A stretch of DNA of 64,000 bases, taken from the NCBI RefSeq assembly GCF_009914755.1, contig NC_060927.1; one strand, given 5' to 3'. The notes beneath the pieces were generated by a model. That model did not search any database, was not told where the DNA came from, and was given only the letters and a program-made list of their open reading frames with translations. Positions 37,480-50,838 of this stretch are shown here, one piece after another. The position numbers were made by a program, and so were the translations under genes. This DNA is from the human T2T-CHM13v2.0 reference genome, Homo sapiens. The first letter of the stretch is position 1, and each line of letters begins with the position of its first letter.

Positions 37480-38710
37480 TTCTGGCCTTGACCATGTTTC
37501 CATCCCACAAACATGCCTTCCATGGGCAGTTGCATCTACCTCCAGCCTGTAGATGCTTCTCTTCCCAGCCCCAGATGGACAAATTCACTTGCTGATGAAA
37601 CCCAGCTTACAACTAATACTAAAATGAGACTCACTGATCTTGCCCCAGATGTGCTTTTCCTCTGAGGTTTCTCTTTTTCCATCACTTACCAGTCATTTAA
37701 GGCAGAACTTGGGCCTTGCCCAGTCCCCCTTCCACTGAGTCTCCATGTGCCGTGTCCCTCTGAGTGTCCCCTGCCCCTCTGCTCTACCCTCCTCACTCCC
37801 GTCTTGGAGACCCTCGATTTCCTTGATTACAGTTTTGCTGTAATGAACATTTTTTTTTGTTTTTTGAGACGGAGTCTCGCTCTGTTGCCCAGGCTGGACT
37901 GCAGTGGTGCGATCTCGGCTCTCTGCAAGCTCCGCCTCCTGGGTTCACGCCATTCTCCTGCCCCAGCTTCCCCAGTAGCTGGGACTACAGGTGCCCACCA
38001 CCATGCCCGGCTAATTTTTTGTATTTTTAGTAGAGACGGGGTTTCACCGTGATAGCCAGGATGGTCTCGATCTCCAGACCTCGGGATCCGCCCGCCTCGG
38101 CCTCCCAAAGTGCTGGGATTACAGGCGTGAGCCACCGCGCCTGGCCTGTAATGAACATTTTTAACTGGCCTCTCATTTCCATTTTCTCCATCTTCCAATC
38201 CATCCCTCATTCCGTGGCTCTATTCATCACGATGCTTCAGACCTCCAGTGGCACCACATTACCTTCAGCCTAAAATCTGAGCTCTGTAATAGGCCTGCAA
38301 AACCCTTCCTGATTTGGTCCGCCCCTTTAGCTTCGCCCATCTCTCATTTTAAATTCTTCATACTGCAGCCATATTGGAATGCTTGGAAGCTCTTCCCGAT
38401 CAAAGGACATCCCTTAATATTGTATAAATGCTTCCCTTTAGAATGCACTTTCCCAATTTTTGGGGGGATGGTATTCATTTCTTCAGTGTTCGGCTCAGTT
38501 GATAACTTGTGTACAGCCTTTCCTGACCCTCACATCTGTGTTAGGTTTCCCTCTCATTGCATTCTAGGCATTCCTTAATCACAACTCTTACCATACTGCT
38601 GGAATGAAGGGAATTTGTTGGTTTTTTTAAGCTCTGTATCCATCATACTTTTCTTCAGTCTGGCACACAATAGAAAAGAAATATTTGTTTCCTGAAAGAA
38701 TGAACGGAAG
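37480..38710 (+). mobile_element. L2 remnant interrupted by AluY
   Basis: Pyrimidine-rich L2 motifs and a 3' end 'tctggcacacaatag...aatatttg...gaatgaa'. Confidence 0.6.
37850..38146 (-). mobile_element. AluY
   Basis: 'gcaagctccgcctcctgggttcacgccattc', CpG-rich; TSD tgtaatgaacattt. Confidence 0.95.
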
Positions 38711-39017
38711 AAGGAAGGAAGGAGGGCATAAGATGTTAATCATTGTTTTGATGGGACTAAGTCTAAGAGTTAGATTGTCTTCTAAGGTACAATGTCTGTA
38801 CATTGATACTTGACACAGGGGTCTTTAAATTATGAAATGAATTGCCTTTGCTCCATCTCAGTTACCTGCACATGAAGAGCACCCCAGTTGCTCATTATAC
38901 TCCTTAGAATCAAAATTACATTGCCCACTAGGGCTAGGTCCTTAGGCCTAGAAGGAATTAACCAGCTTGCTTCCCAGGTTCTGTCCTTCTGACAATGGAG
39001 CTCACATAAATAGTTTA

Positions 39018-39340
<323 letters not shown>

Positions 39341-39465
39341 GAGTTTAAGTCCACCTTCTCAGCTACTTGTCTTAGGAGTACTGAAGACTCTCAAAGAATA
39401 AATGCCAAGATGCATTGGTATATCAACCTTGACTCTAGTCTTTCTCACTGTATATTATTGTTTAG

Positions 39466-39761
39466 TTTTTTTTTTTTTTCCCTAGACGGAGTCTTACTCT
39501 GTCACCAGGCTGGAGTGCAATGGTGTGATCTCGGCTCACTGCAACCTCCGCCTCCCGGGTTAAAGTGATTCTCCTGCCTCAGCCTCCCGAGTAGCTGGCG
39601 CTACAGGGACGTGCCACCATGCCCAGCTAATTTTTGTATTTTTAGTAGAGACAGGGTTTCAACATGTTGGCCAGGATGCTGTCGACCTCTTGACCTTGTG
39701 ATCCACCCGCCTCGGCCTCCCAAAGTGTTGGGATTACAGGTGTGAGCCACTGCACCTGGCC
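39466..39761 (-). mobile_element. AluSc-like
   Basis: 'gtcaccaggctgg', 'cttgaccttgtgatcc'; TSD tattgtttagtttt. Confidence 0.95.
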
Positions 39762-40734
39762 TATTGTTTAGTTTTTATGTGCTAGTTTTCATTGTCAAGT
39801 GGCTTTGCAATAGTTAATACCATCTCCTCCACTTCAGTTTTATTATTATTTCCTGTTTCTCTGTAACAAAAAAGAAATTTTGACAACACACAAATACATC
39901 TGTAGATCTGGGGTACTCTTTGAAAACTTGTGGGTTTTTACACTTTTTAACAGATTAAGACTTCTGAATCTTCAATTTACCCTGAACATAATTCAGTTCT
40001 GAGTATCTCTGGATTAGCTTACTTTTCAAAGTATTTATCTTCAGCGCACTGAGGGAGCCTTATATTCTCTACCTAGTTTGTTGCATTTCCAGAATTTTTG
40101 TACCTTGTTCCTTTAAGTAACAGAATTAAAGCAATGGGGAGGGGGGTAAAGGTAGCATTTATTAGGAGGACTTGCCCCTCTCTTCCATTAACTTCTGCTG
40201 ACTGCTTTTTCATTCAGTTATTATAGGTCAAAAGTTAGTTTTAGATAATGGTGAATGCCTCTTGTTTCTTTAAAGGATCTCTTAAGTACCACGAAGGTCA
40301 TGCTCATTCCTTAAGTTAGTAAACTTGGCAAGGGAGGGTACTAGATGCATCCAAGGGCATATAGCAAATGAGCATCCAAGTCTGGGAAGAGTGAACATGT
40401 TGACGTGTTGTCACTGCAAGATTTTGCTAATTGTACCCAGATGGTCTGATCTTTTATACTTTTTGTGACAAACTTCCTCTATCAGTCATTGTCCTCCTTT
40501 ATGACTGGATAGAGTTGTTGTTGTTTTTTTTTTTTCTCTCATAAGCACGGAAATTTGACCTCCTTTAAAGCTGACTCAAGATCCTTTAATTCATAAACTT
40601 GTACTCCTTACATACCCAAGACACGGTAAATGGGACTCACAGCTCCTCAGACTTTTTTCTCAGGTGACACCAGCCTGAAGATGAATCATAAATGCCGATT
40701 TGGACTCAATGTCCCGAGATCCCCAACATCTTCT

Positions 40735-40890
40735 CCTAGTAGTTCTCAACTCCTCTGCACACTTGAAAGAAAATTCCGGAACTTAGGCCCAAAATCCAAA
40801 GATGTGTGTTTAATTGGTTTGGGGTGAAGCCCAGGCCTGGTTATTTTAGAAAACTTCCTTGAATGATTTTCATCTGTGGCCAGGGTTAAG
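40735..40890. mobile_element. MER5-type MITE
   Basis: 'agtagttctcaac...ttaattggtttggggtgaagcccaggc...gccagggttaag'. Confidence 0.6.
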
Positions 40891-41999
40891 CATATTTTTG
40901 GCTATCTTGCCAATTTGGTGCAAAACCACTTCATCCTGAAAAGCAGGCGATGTAGAGCCATGGCCAAACAGGTCAGAACTTTGCTCTATTTTTAATTTAA
41001 GCCACATTTATTTTACACTGCAGATGCCAAAGCAGAATCCTTGGCTTATCCTTGGGAATTACAGACTGATGATATAACTCCTCTGTAAGGAGACAGACGA
41101 CGCAAACAGAATCACTGAAAAGTCTTCTAAAGCAAGGGGTTGGGTGGAATTTGAACAGAACAAGCTGGCATGCCTTGGGAGTGAGTAAAATTATGCTTCT
41201 TGAACCTGTCAGAAGTCCTTGAAATAAAGCGGTAGATAAAAGGAACTAATGGTTATAATTTATTTAGTCTTTCCTGAGGCCCTTGGTTGTTCAAAAGAAG
41301 GGGACTCGGTAACCATGGAAGTAACTGGAGAGCTACTAGGGATTAAGGGCTGATTAGGAGATGGGATGCCTTGAGTCAGGAACACATGGTCATTTTCAAT
41401 GTGGTCAGGTTCGGTGGGGACCCACACAATAAACTGATCAACAAACTGATTTTTAAGATTCTTTTCTTGTTTTTATTATCCATTTTCAGAGCATCCTTTG
41501 AGAAACAAGGTGACTCAAGCACCGGGGTTATCAGCTCTCTGACCTCCTTCTGCCCACCTGTCTCAGCTCATATCCTTCCTTTCACCCCTGCTTGTCCATG
41601 ACAGAGCAGCAAGGTCAAATGACTGTTTGTCTGGCTTAACCCAGACCTTGATTCACATTCTGAGAATGTAAGCTCTTCTAAAGTGCTCTTCATAGCACGC
41701 TGTTCTTTATAAAAAGAACCATGGACATTGTAGGAACTGTTTTGAAAGGCTGATGGGTTGTGGTAATCCACTTAATGACAGGCAGACAAAGCAAGAACTG
41801 TAACCTGAAGAGCTGCTTAGAAATTACGTGTCTCTCCTCCCACCTCCAGGGCCTGCTACATTGGCCTGGAGACCTCATGTTGCCAGGCTGACCCAGGCCC
41901 CATGTATCTTAGGTCTTCTGGAAGATTTTGCTTCCCCAGCATCTGCTTCTACTTCTTTTAATCCTAGCACTGTTGTTTTGGCAAACTCCTCATCCCCCA

Positions 42000-42455
42000 A
42001 CTCTCAATCCATGGAATTCAAGCGGGAGCTGATACTACTTCCTCTTCCCCTCAACATATATATCTGAGCTCCAAGGGTGCGCATGTTCCTTGGCCTGGCT
42101 AAAGCATGCTACATTCCTTTGGCTAAGTGACTGGTCTAGGGATGGTTACCTGTTTCAAAATGGTTCAGTGAACTTTGGCCTACAGATCTTGTTGGAACTA
42201 TTGAGAAAGAGACTCTCTCTGTGCTAAGCTGGTGATCAGGGACCACCCTGAGGCGGATTGCTTCTTGACAAAGAGAAAGAGAACAGAGGAAAGCAAAGAG
42301 ATGGAGCAAGACAATTCTTGACATCTTTTAAATACCTGGATCCAGTCATATTTACCAGATATGCTTACCGGATTTTTCTGTTATGTGAGTCAACAAATCT
42401 CTCACTCCACCTTTTTCTTGTTAAGCTTGATGAAGCTGTGTTTCTGTCACTCATA
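42000..42455 (+). mobile_element. Old MaLR LTR (MLT1K/L-like)
   Basis: 'ggctaagtgactggtctagggatgg'...'tacctggatccagtc'...'tttctgtcact'. Confidence 0.5.
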
Positions 42456-42739
42456 GGATCTTTCAATAAGAGGCCCCTAGTATATACCTTCTTGCACACC
42501 TTAGTGTCCTGTCCCATTGGAAACAGTTTTCCCTGTCTCCTTAGGGGCAGGCTAAGGGCAGGGGTACACGTTGAGATAGTCTGAAAAATGAGTCTATGCC
42601 TCTGAACCGGCAGGAGAGGTATAGGGTGGGGTGGAGGGTTGTCTCAGGTGAAAGGTTGATTTTGACAGCAGTTTCCTGGAGCCGATGGTTCTCCCTTTTT
42701 GATAACCTCAACAGAGTAATTGTGAGGATGCAGGGAAAG

Positions 42740-43110
42740 AGGGGATTGGGAATGAATCCTTACGAGCATCTTCTAAGTGTCAGATACTGTGTCAGGTGCT
42801 TAACATAAGGTATCTCACTCAGTTCTTACAACAATCTTGTGTATATCATTGTCCCATTTTCACAGGTCAGAAAAACATATCAATAACAATAGCTACTATT
42901 CACTGAATGCTATGCTCCAACATTATTTATAATTCTACTTTATCCATTACAATCATAATAATCTGCAAGATATACTATAGATATATTTTAAAATATAGAT
43001 TATTATCTATATTTTATAGGTGATGAAACTAATGTTCAGAAGAGTTAGGTAAGTTGTTCATGGCCATGCGGCCAAAGAGGACAAGTCTGTATTCAAAGAG
43101 ACCTCATTTG
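42740..43110 (-). mobile_element. Two MIR fragments
   Basis: 'gagcatcttctaagtgtcagatactgtg...cccattttcacagg' and 'attttataggtgatgaaactaatgttcag'. Confidence 0.6.
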
Positions 43111-43816
43111 GAAGCCAAGCTTGATATGAAACAGATTTTGACTTACAGTCTTGTGACAGGTGTGGCTGGAGAGATATTCAGGCTAATGAGGGCCTCTCAG
43201 CATGCCTGACTTCGGAACGGGAGGCACAGTCAACAGGACTGTCATGTGTGGCGTTGACCCTCAGTGCCACCTTGGACCTCGGTATGCTGACCACCAGCTT
43301 CAGTTAGGACCTTTGGTCAGGTTACTTGCCAAACAAGATCTAAAGGAATTCTCTACCCAGAACTCTATAAAAACAAGAAGAAGAAATAATTAAGAACACC
43401 GTGTAGAACACAGCTTTCATTCCAGTTTATATATTGTAAAATAAAGCCACACAGATCCTAAACATGCTAGGTGCTCTTTATATTTGAGAATCTGGTGTCA
43501 ATTACTCATTAAAATGTCAAGTTGGCCGGGATTGGGAGGTGTCTGTTGGGCCCTATTAGTATTCTCTCCTTACATCGTGCCAGTCCTGGGAATTGTGTTG
43601 GTCCATGTGAATGTCCTGTGGTGACCTGAGTGCCACACTAACCCAGGCCAGCCCACTTCACATGTGTATCTTCTTCCTGAGGCAGAGTTGGTATCTAAAT
43701 TACAAAGACTTCTCTTGTCTTTGAGAATGCAGCCACTCAGAGCTCAGCCTTTAAGGATTAGCAACTGTATTTCAGTTGTGTGATTTACTCCTGTTCCCAC
43801 CCATGGCTGTGACACT

Positions 43817-44344
43817 TGTGGTGGGCTGAATAATGGCTCCCAAAGATAGCCACATCTAAATCCCTGGAGCCTATGAATATGTTACCTTACACACTGAAAG
43901 GCACTTTGCGAGTGTGATTAAGGCTATTGAGATGGGACTATTAGGCTGAGCATCCAGGTGGGTCCAATGTAACCACGGAGTCCGTATAGAGCAGGGATCA
44001 GGTGATCCCAGTTAGTAGCAGGAAACGTGATGACGGACGCAAGAGGTTGGAATGATGCGAGGAAAAGGTTCTGCGCCAAGGAATGCAGCTAGCCTCCAGA
44101 AGCAGATAAAGGCAAGGAAACAGACTCTTCCCTCAGATCCTCTGGAAGGAACCAGCTTGCCTACACCTGGGCTTTAGGTCAGTGAGACTGATTTTGGACT
44201 TCTGACTCCTAGCACTGTAAGGTAATAAACTTGTGTTGTTTAAGTACACAGCACACAAGGTAATAAACTTGTGTTGTTTAAGTACACAACACAAGTTTAT
44301 TACCTTGTAGTAATTTGTTACAGTAGCCATAGGAAACTGAAACA
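43817..44344 (+). mobile_element. MLT1D solo LTR with a local duplication/fold-back near its 3' end
   Basis: 'tgtggtgggctgaataatggctcccaaagat...gaatatgttaccttac'...'gtaatttgttacagtagccataggaaactgaaaca'. Confidence 0.85.
44219..44308. repeat. 32-bp direct repeat plus 23-bp perfect inverted repeat
   Basis: aaggtaataaacttgtgttgtttaagtacaca at 44219 and 44257; arms 44255-44277 and 44286-44308, loop ttaagtac. Confidence 0.95.
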
Positions 44345-46311
44345 ATGTTTCAGACCAAAGCTTAGGTGCTGGAGGAATTTTTTTCCTCCAGCAAATGCCT
44401 TCTGCAACCACCTGCCGCACAGTGTTTTAATTACACATTTGTGAAGACATACAGCTAACTCCCCTTGTTTCAGGTGGATGGACCTCATGCTTCTCTCTGG
44501 CTCTAAGGAGGGAGATAATAACTTTTGGTTTGCGTGCATCCTCAGAAATCCTTCCCTTTACTTACAAGGCCTTTACTCTCCTTTTGCTACTTGAGTTGTG
44601 CTAGTCACCACTTCCCCGACCACAGCAGGTGCAGGTAAAAACTGTCCACTTGCTTGTTCACTGGGTTTTACTGTGACAGAAGGGTTCTCATCAGTTGATG
44701 AATTCAACGTTAACCATTTAATTCACACTTACATGTTGCAATGTGAAGATATCCATAGAAGGATAGCCAATGGGTCACTGAGTGTCTTGAAGGGGGGACA
44801 AATTTATCAGAGGGCTGCCTCAGCCGGACAGGAGGGTGACTTGACTTGGAATGTGACTTGGGTATTGGAGCCAGTTAAACTCAGAAGAGACTGATTATGC
44901 TGCATTTTATGTCTACAACTGGACATATTTAATGCAAGTGACTAACATGAATACTTGCCGTTTGGGAGCCTTCTTCTCTTTAGTAGGGGAAGAAGAATTA
45001 TTGGAAGGTTTCTTAGTAGCTATGAAGTCAGGGCAAAGGGAAGTAGTAATATAGAAGACAGTCTTAGAGATATTTAACTCAGGACAGCTGTTTTCAGATG
45101 GAGGCACTCTTTTTTAAAAAATGAAATGTTTAGTGAAGACCTGTATGTGGGAGTTATCAAGGGAGAGCTGCTCTGGGTGCTGCAGGGGTGGGAGTTCCAG
45201 AACGGCCACAGGGTTCCTCCTCCTCACATGCAGTGGCCTCTGAGTGGCCTGATGGTTCAGTCCTGCACCATGGCGGAATAGACGTCCTTGGTGTTATGGA
45301 GCTGGACAGGCCCTGCTGACTGTGGGCTCTTTGGGCTTCCCTCTTTGTGTTCCAGGCTACCCGCTCCCCTTTGTGTTCCAGAGTCTGTTCTTAAACTGGG
45401 TACAGTGAAATTGATTCAGATTTATTTTGCTAAATTACAATCACATTTGAGTTTTGTTTCTCTGAAATTACACCCTGGCCCCCTTGATTGGAGTTTTCAA
45501 CATTCCCAATCTTTTCAGTCACACGTTTACAATCTTTTGGTTTATTTCCACCGATGGCTGAACTCATGCATTATGCATGGGTGTTGCTGGTGGTGTCTCA
45601 GAGGGAAAATTCATTTCTGAGTGTTTTCTGGGTACCACAGTCATTGCCATGTTTTATGCACATGTGTGGTGATGGTCCCCATTGGGGGCGATGCCTACTC
45701 TCCTAACAGGAAAACCACCCATCAGCCTAGCAAGAATGGGGGGGCGGGGTGGGGGACAGAGAAAACATGTTTCATGTTTCACTTTTTCCCCAAATTCCTG
45801 AATGAGGAGGGATTCTAAGTGTTGAAATTAGATAGTGTCAGAATCAAACTCAGCTTCAAAACTTGAGAAACTCAAGTTGTGATTCTCTGTTCTGTGGCAG
45901 TGCAAAATCCTCACGTTTCTCACAAACCTATATGAGAAATACAATCTGAACGTTCTGGTACAACTCAACTGACAATGAGTACCAGCGTCTATCTTCCATG
46001 CTTGCACTGAGTTCTGCTTGACCTCATACCCATGTTCTTTACTCCAATCAGTTGCTATTTCAGCTATAGTTGGTTGTGACTTCTTTCTTGTAATTGTGTT
46101 TAATGGAAAATGATGTTGAAGCAATAATTTTCTTTTTGCCAAGTGTCCCTCAGGGGCTGCCCGTGTATTACAGCTTCTGGTCTCCCTCTTTGCTCCTTCT
46201 TGCTTCTGCCCATGACCAGCTCTTCCCATACCTGGTTCAGAATTCCTATGAATGGTGGAAGAGGAACCACCTGTGTCCCAGAGGAGGAACAGTTAGGCCG
46301 GCACACACCTA

Positions 46312-46313
<2 letters not shown>

Positions 46314-46347
<34 letters not shown>

Positions 46348-46368
46348 CGTGCACGCATGCATGCATAC
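46314..46368. repeat. (TG)n microsatellite extended by alternating purine/pyrimidine sequence
   Basis: Directly visible, 55 nt of uninterrupted RY alternation. Confidence 0.95.
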
Positions 46369-48309
46369 TTTGGTTACATTCCATATGGTTTAAACTGTTG
46401 TCCTGTCTCCCAGGGAATCAATATTTATTCAGAGACCCTCAGGCCTACCCCTCTCCCCACAGAGAGCTCTCTGCAATCTTATGCAGCTATGCTACCTGCC
46501 TTCAGCACTTGAACTTGACCTGCTAATGCTGCCCTCCAGAATATCAGCCCAGCATGGGAGATGCATCAATGGGCTAATTACATACCATAGAGGAAAGTTT
46601 ACCCCGCAGAGCAGGAACTCTTTTGAGGTTAAAGCCACCGTAAGTGCTTGTGAAATGCTGACGCCTGGAGAGAAAGAGCTAATAATTCCCCTGTCATTTC
46701 CAGGCCACCAGAGAAAGCCAAATCTAGCTAGTGTTAGAGGGAGGAGCTGTCATTGTAACAAGTGTGATGACTAGAGGTCATCTTAATTGAGCTGCTAAAT
46801 GGAGTTGTATTTTTTTTTCCTTTTTAATGTAGAAGGGTCACTGTTTTTATGGCCGTACTTGTTTCATCTTTCTTATAGCTAGCTTGGCTTATTGGCACAG
46901 TTGAGTGTTGTGGACTGAAAATTATTAGGAGTATTTTTTTTTTACCTTCAAGTGGAAAGCTGCCTGTACTTCTTCCTAGGCTATCTGTTAAAGGTACTTA
47001 GTATAACGTGACTTGTGGTAGGTGAGAGAATGAATTGGATTTGCTTGTAGCTTCCTGGCATGTGTTTCTCAATGTTAGCGCTATATGAGCTACCTACCAG
47101 GAATTTGGTATGCCTGTAGACCACTATTATCAAGGAAAAAAGGATTCACTACTACTTCATCGTAAAATTGAAACTGCATTTAAAATGCAAACCATAATAG
47201 TGTTGTGCCAGTAAAAAACATGATACAGTTGATGATCTTTCACCGATATGTCCATGCCCTGTTTGGTGGAGAGTGAGAGCCACAGATGAGTTTTTCTATC
47301 TGGTCCATTGCTATTCCTAGTTTATACTTCCCTAAATTTGAAAATCTTAAGTCGTAATTATATCTTTGGTAATGAAGGGACATGGAGGATGGCCCTGTCA
47401 GATTGTTCTGAGTATCTGAAAAGTGCATGACCTCCAGATTCTAGAGGACTTTCTATAGTCTTGGTGCCCACCAGCCCTGACTGTCCTACTGTAGAAATCT
47501 GGATGTTTCAACAAGGAAGGTAATGGTGAATGGATCCCTCATTTATTCTTTGGTTGTATTTATAACTTTTCTTCCAGTTCTATCATAACATTTAGATGTG
47601 GCTTTGAAATATGCTCATTAATAAACCATATATTTCTCTCTCTCAGAAGACAAGAAAATAGTTTTAGAGAATAGCCACTTCCAGGGATGGAGTTGTCTGA
47701 AATTTGTTTTTCAAAACTCCAGATGTCTTATCCCCGACGTTAAAAATATGGTATCTCAGCTCTTGAAGTGATAGGTTCAGGACACCGAATGTAAACTGTT
47801 GTATGTAACGTGAGCAATGCAGTCGAAATAATTAGCTTTTAAAAAAATGACCTCTTGGCATCCAGTGTCATGAAGTATAAAGTTATGTCTTATCACCCGC
47901 TTAAACTGTGAGCCCCTTTCCCCTTGACATTTAGATCATTTTGGTGAGTCAATGCCCAGAAGATCTTCACATGGCATGCTGAAAAACTCTACACTCAGGG
48001 GCCACGATTTTGTGTGATAAGCAACTTTAATGTTAAATCAAGATCATGGCTTAAGATGCCATCTACAAGCCAATGATTCCCATGAAAAGAAAATTTCTGT
48101 TGTAGCCTTCTGGTCCCAAGGAGGCTGAGAGATGGAGCAGGGAAGAGGAGCACTCGTCCCCATTGAGATGGCCTCAGGGGACCCAGCCTAGATCACAGAA
48201 CTCCAAGTGACACACAGACACATGAGCTAAATAAATTCTTACTGTTCGTGTTGCTGAGATTTGGTAATTGTTATGTAGTTGACCCAGATACCTTATTTCT
48301 ATTACGAAC

Positions 48310-49290
48310 TCTGGAGTCTGTTTTCATGCAGCAGCCGGAATGAGCCTTTTAGTCATATTTTTCATTTACTTATTGCCCCCCGTGATTGGCTGAAATTGGT
48401 TCTCACTTCACTATGAATAAAAGCAAGGACTTTACCAGAACCTACCTGAACTGCCCCTTCCCCCTACTGGCTTCCACTCTGACCTCATCCTTCACAGCTC
48501 TCCGCACTGCATGCTCTGCTCTGGCCATGCTCTTTCCTTGCTGTCCTTGAATGTTCCAGACAAGTCCAGACACATCTCCATGGTTCATTCTCTCATCTTT
48601 AAGTCTTTGCTCAAATGCCATCTTCTCATAGAGGTCTAAACTGATTGTCTTGTTTCAAATACTAACATCCATCCTACTTCCCATCCTATATTTTCTTACA
48701 CTGCTCTATCCCCCCAACCCCACTGTGGTGCTATCACTTGGTAATATACCATATAACTTACTTTATTAGTCTGTTTTCACACTGCTATAAAGAACTACTG
48801 GAGACTGGGTAATTTATGAAGAAAAGAGGTTTAGTTAGCTCATGGTTCTGCAGGCTTAACAGGAAGCATGGCTGGGGGGCTGCAGGAAACTGACAATCAC
48901 GGTGGAAGGCGAAGGCAAAGCAAGTGTGTCTTGCCATGGCCGCAGGAATGGCAGCGGGTGGGGTGGGATGGGATGAGACCCCTGCCCCTTCACACTTTTA
49001 AATTATCAGATTTCCTGAGAACTCACTGTCATGAAACCAGCATGGGGAAAACTGCCCCCATGATTCAGTCACCTCCCACCAGGTCCTTCCCTTGACATAT
49101 GGGGATTATAATTCGAGATGAAATTTGGGTGGGAACACAGAGCAAAACCATATCACTTAGCTACATCATTGTTAAAGTCTGTCATCTTCTGCTAGAATGT
49201 AATCTTTATGTGGGCAGGAACAGTGCCTGGCATATTGTAGGCACTTATTAAATATACCTCTTGACCTTTATTTAGTCAATAAATATTGGT
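48310..49290 (+). mobile_element. L2 3' region interrupted by an MST LTR
   Basis: 'gtctttgctcaaatgccatcttctc'...'aacagtgcctggcatattgtaggcactta'. Confidence 0.65.
48762..49155 (-). mobile_element. MSTA-like solo LTR
   Basis: 'tattagtctgttttcacactgctataaag'...'gggaacacagagcaaaaccatatca'. Confidence 0.9.
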
Positions 49291-49462
49291 GAACACTGAG
49301 GTTCTCTCTGACTAAAGCAGGGTGTGGAAACACATTTTCATTTGCCCAGCAAAGACCTTCCTGGCCACCCTAATAGTATTTTGTCAGGATGTTCCCAACG
49401 CATCTTTCCTGGTCTGTCTCACCAGCACAGGGCAATCATCTTCAAAATGGAAAGCCTTTTCT

Positions 49463-49739
49463 TCACGCCTGTAATCCCAGCACTTTGGGAGGCCAAGGTG
49501 GGCAGATCACCAAAGGTCAGGAGTTCAAGACCCGCCTGGCCAATATGGTGAAACCCCATCTCTACTAAAAATACAAAAATTAGCCAGGTGTGGTGGTACA
49601 TGCCTGTAGTCCCAGCTACTTGGGAGGCTGAGGCAGAAGAAGGTTGCAGGGAGGTGGAGGTTGCAGGCAGCCGAGATCTTGCCACTGTACTCTGGCCTGG
49701 GCAACAGAGTGAGACTCTGTCTCAAAAACAAAACAAAAC
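49463..49739 (+). mobile_element. AluS, slightly 5'-truncated
   Basis: Starts 'tcacgcctgtaatcc'; TSD aaagccttttct. Confidence 0.9.
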
Positions 49740-49760
49740 AAAGCCTTTTCTGTAGCAAGG

Positions 49761-50115
49761 TAATATGGTTTGGCTCTGTCCCCACCCAAATCTTAACAGG
49801 AATTGTATCTCCCAGAATTCCCATGTGTTGTTGGAGGGACTCAGGGGGAGGTAATTGAATCACAGGGACCGGTCTTTCCCATGCTATTCTTGTGGTAGTG
49901 AATAAGTCTTATGAAATCTGATGGGTTTATCAGGGGTTTCTGCTTTTGCTTCTTTCTTATTTTCTCTTGCTGCTGCCATGTAAGAAGTGCCTCGTGCCTC
50001 CCGCCATGATTCTGAGGTATCCCCAGCCATGTGGAACTGTAAGTCCAATTAAACCTCTTTTTTCTTGCCAGTCTCGGGTATGTCTTTATCAGCAGCATGG
50101 AAATGGACTAATACA
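49761..50115 (+). mobile_element. THE1A solo LTR
   Basis: 'tatggtttggctctgtccccacccaaatc...tgtatctcccagaattccc...ggggtttctgcttttgcttc'; 5-bp TSD caagg. Confidence 0.9.
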
Positions 50116-50460
50116 CAAGGGCTTTCAGTAACAAAAGACAAAATGTTATTGTGCATTTTTACTTCATTTATTTATCTCACATAAGCTAAGAGCTGATTTA
50201 TACTCATTGGTGGTTTTGTCCAACTGAAAAGTGAAATACTAACTTGCAAACAAACATGATCAAAAAGGCTTTTCAGCTTGAAAATTGTGTCCTGGAGTTC
50301 ACTTTTGTTTCCCCCTCTAAGCATAATCTTTTAACTGGTTCAATAGACTTTTGGGCAAAATTCTAGCTTGGCCCATTTTTGCTGTTATACAACTTTGAAT
50401 AATGTTCCTATGGCTTATGCTCTTCAACTGTGGGCCAAATTTGTCAATTTATATTGGAAA

Positions 50461-50838
50461 GTATATTAGTTCATTCTCACACTGCTATAAAGAATACCTG
50501 AGACTTGGTAATTTACAAAGAAAAGAGGTTTAATTTGCTCCTGGTTCCGCAGGCTGTACAGGAGATATGATGGATTCTGAGGAGACCTCAGGAAACTTTA
50601 AATCGTGGTGGAAGGTGAAGGGGAAGCGGGCATTTCTCACATGGCAAGAGTAGGAGGGAGAAAGAGAAGGGGGAGGTGTCGCACGCTTTTAAACAACCAG
50701 ATCTCATGAGAACTCTGTCATGAGAACAGCACCAAAGGGGGAAATCTGCCTCCCTGATCCAATCACCTCCCAGTAGGTTCTGCCTCCAACATTGAGGATT
50801 ATAATACAATTCAACATGAGATTTGGGTGGGGACACAG
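50461..50838 (-). mobile_element. MST solo LTR
   Basis: 'tattagttcattctcacactgctataaag'...'catgagatttgggtggggacacag'. Confidence 0.85.
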
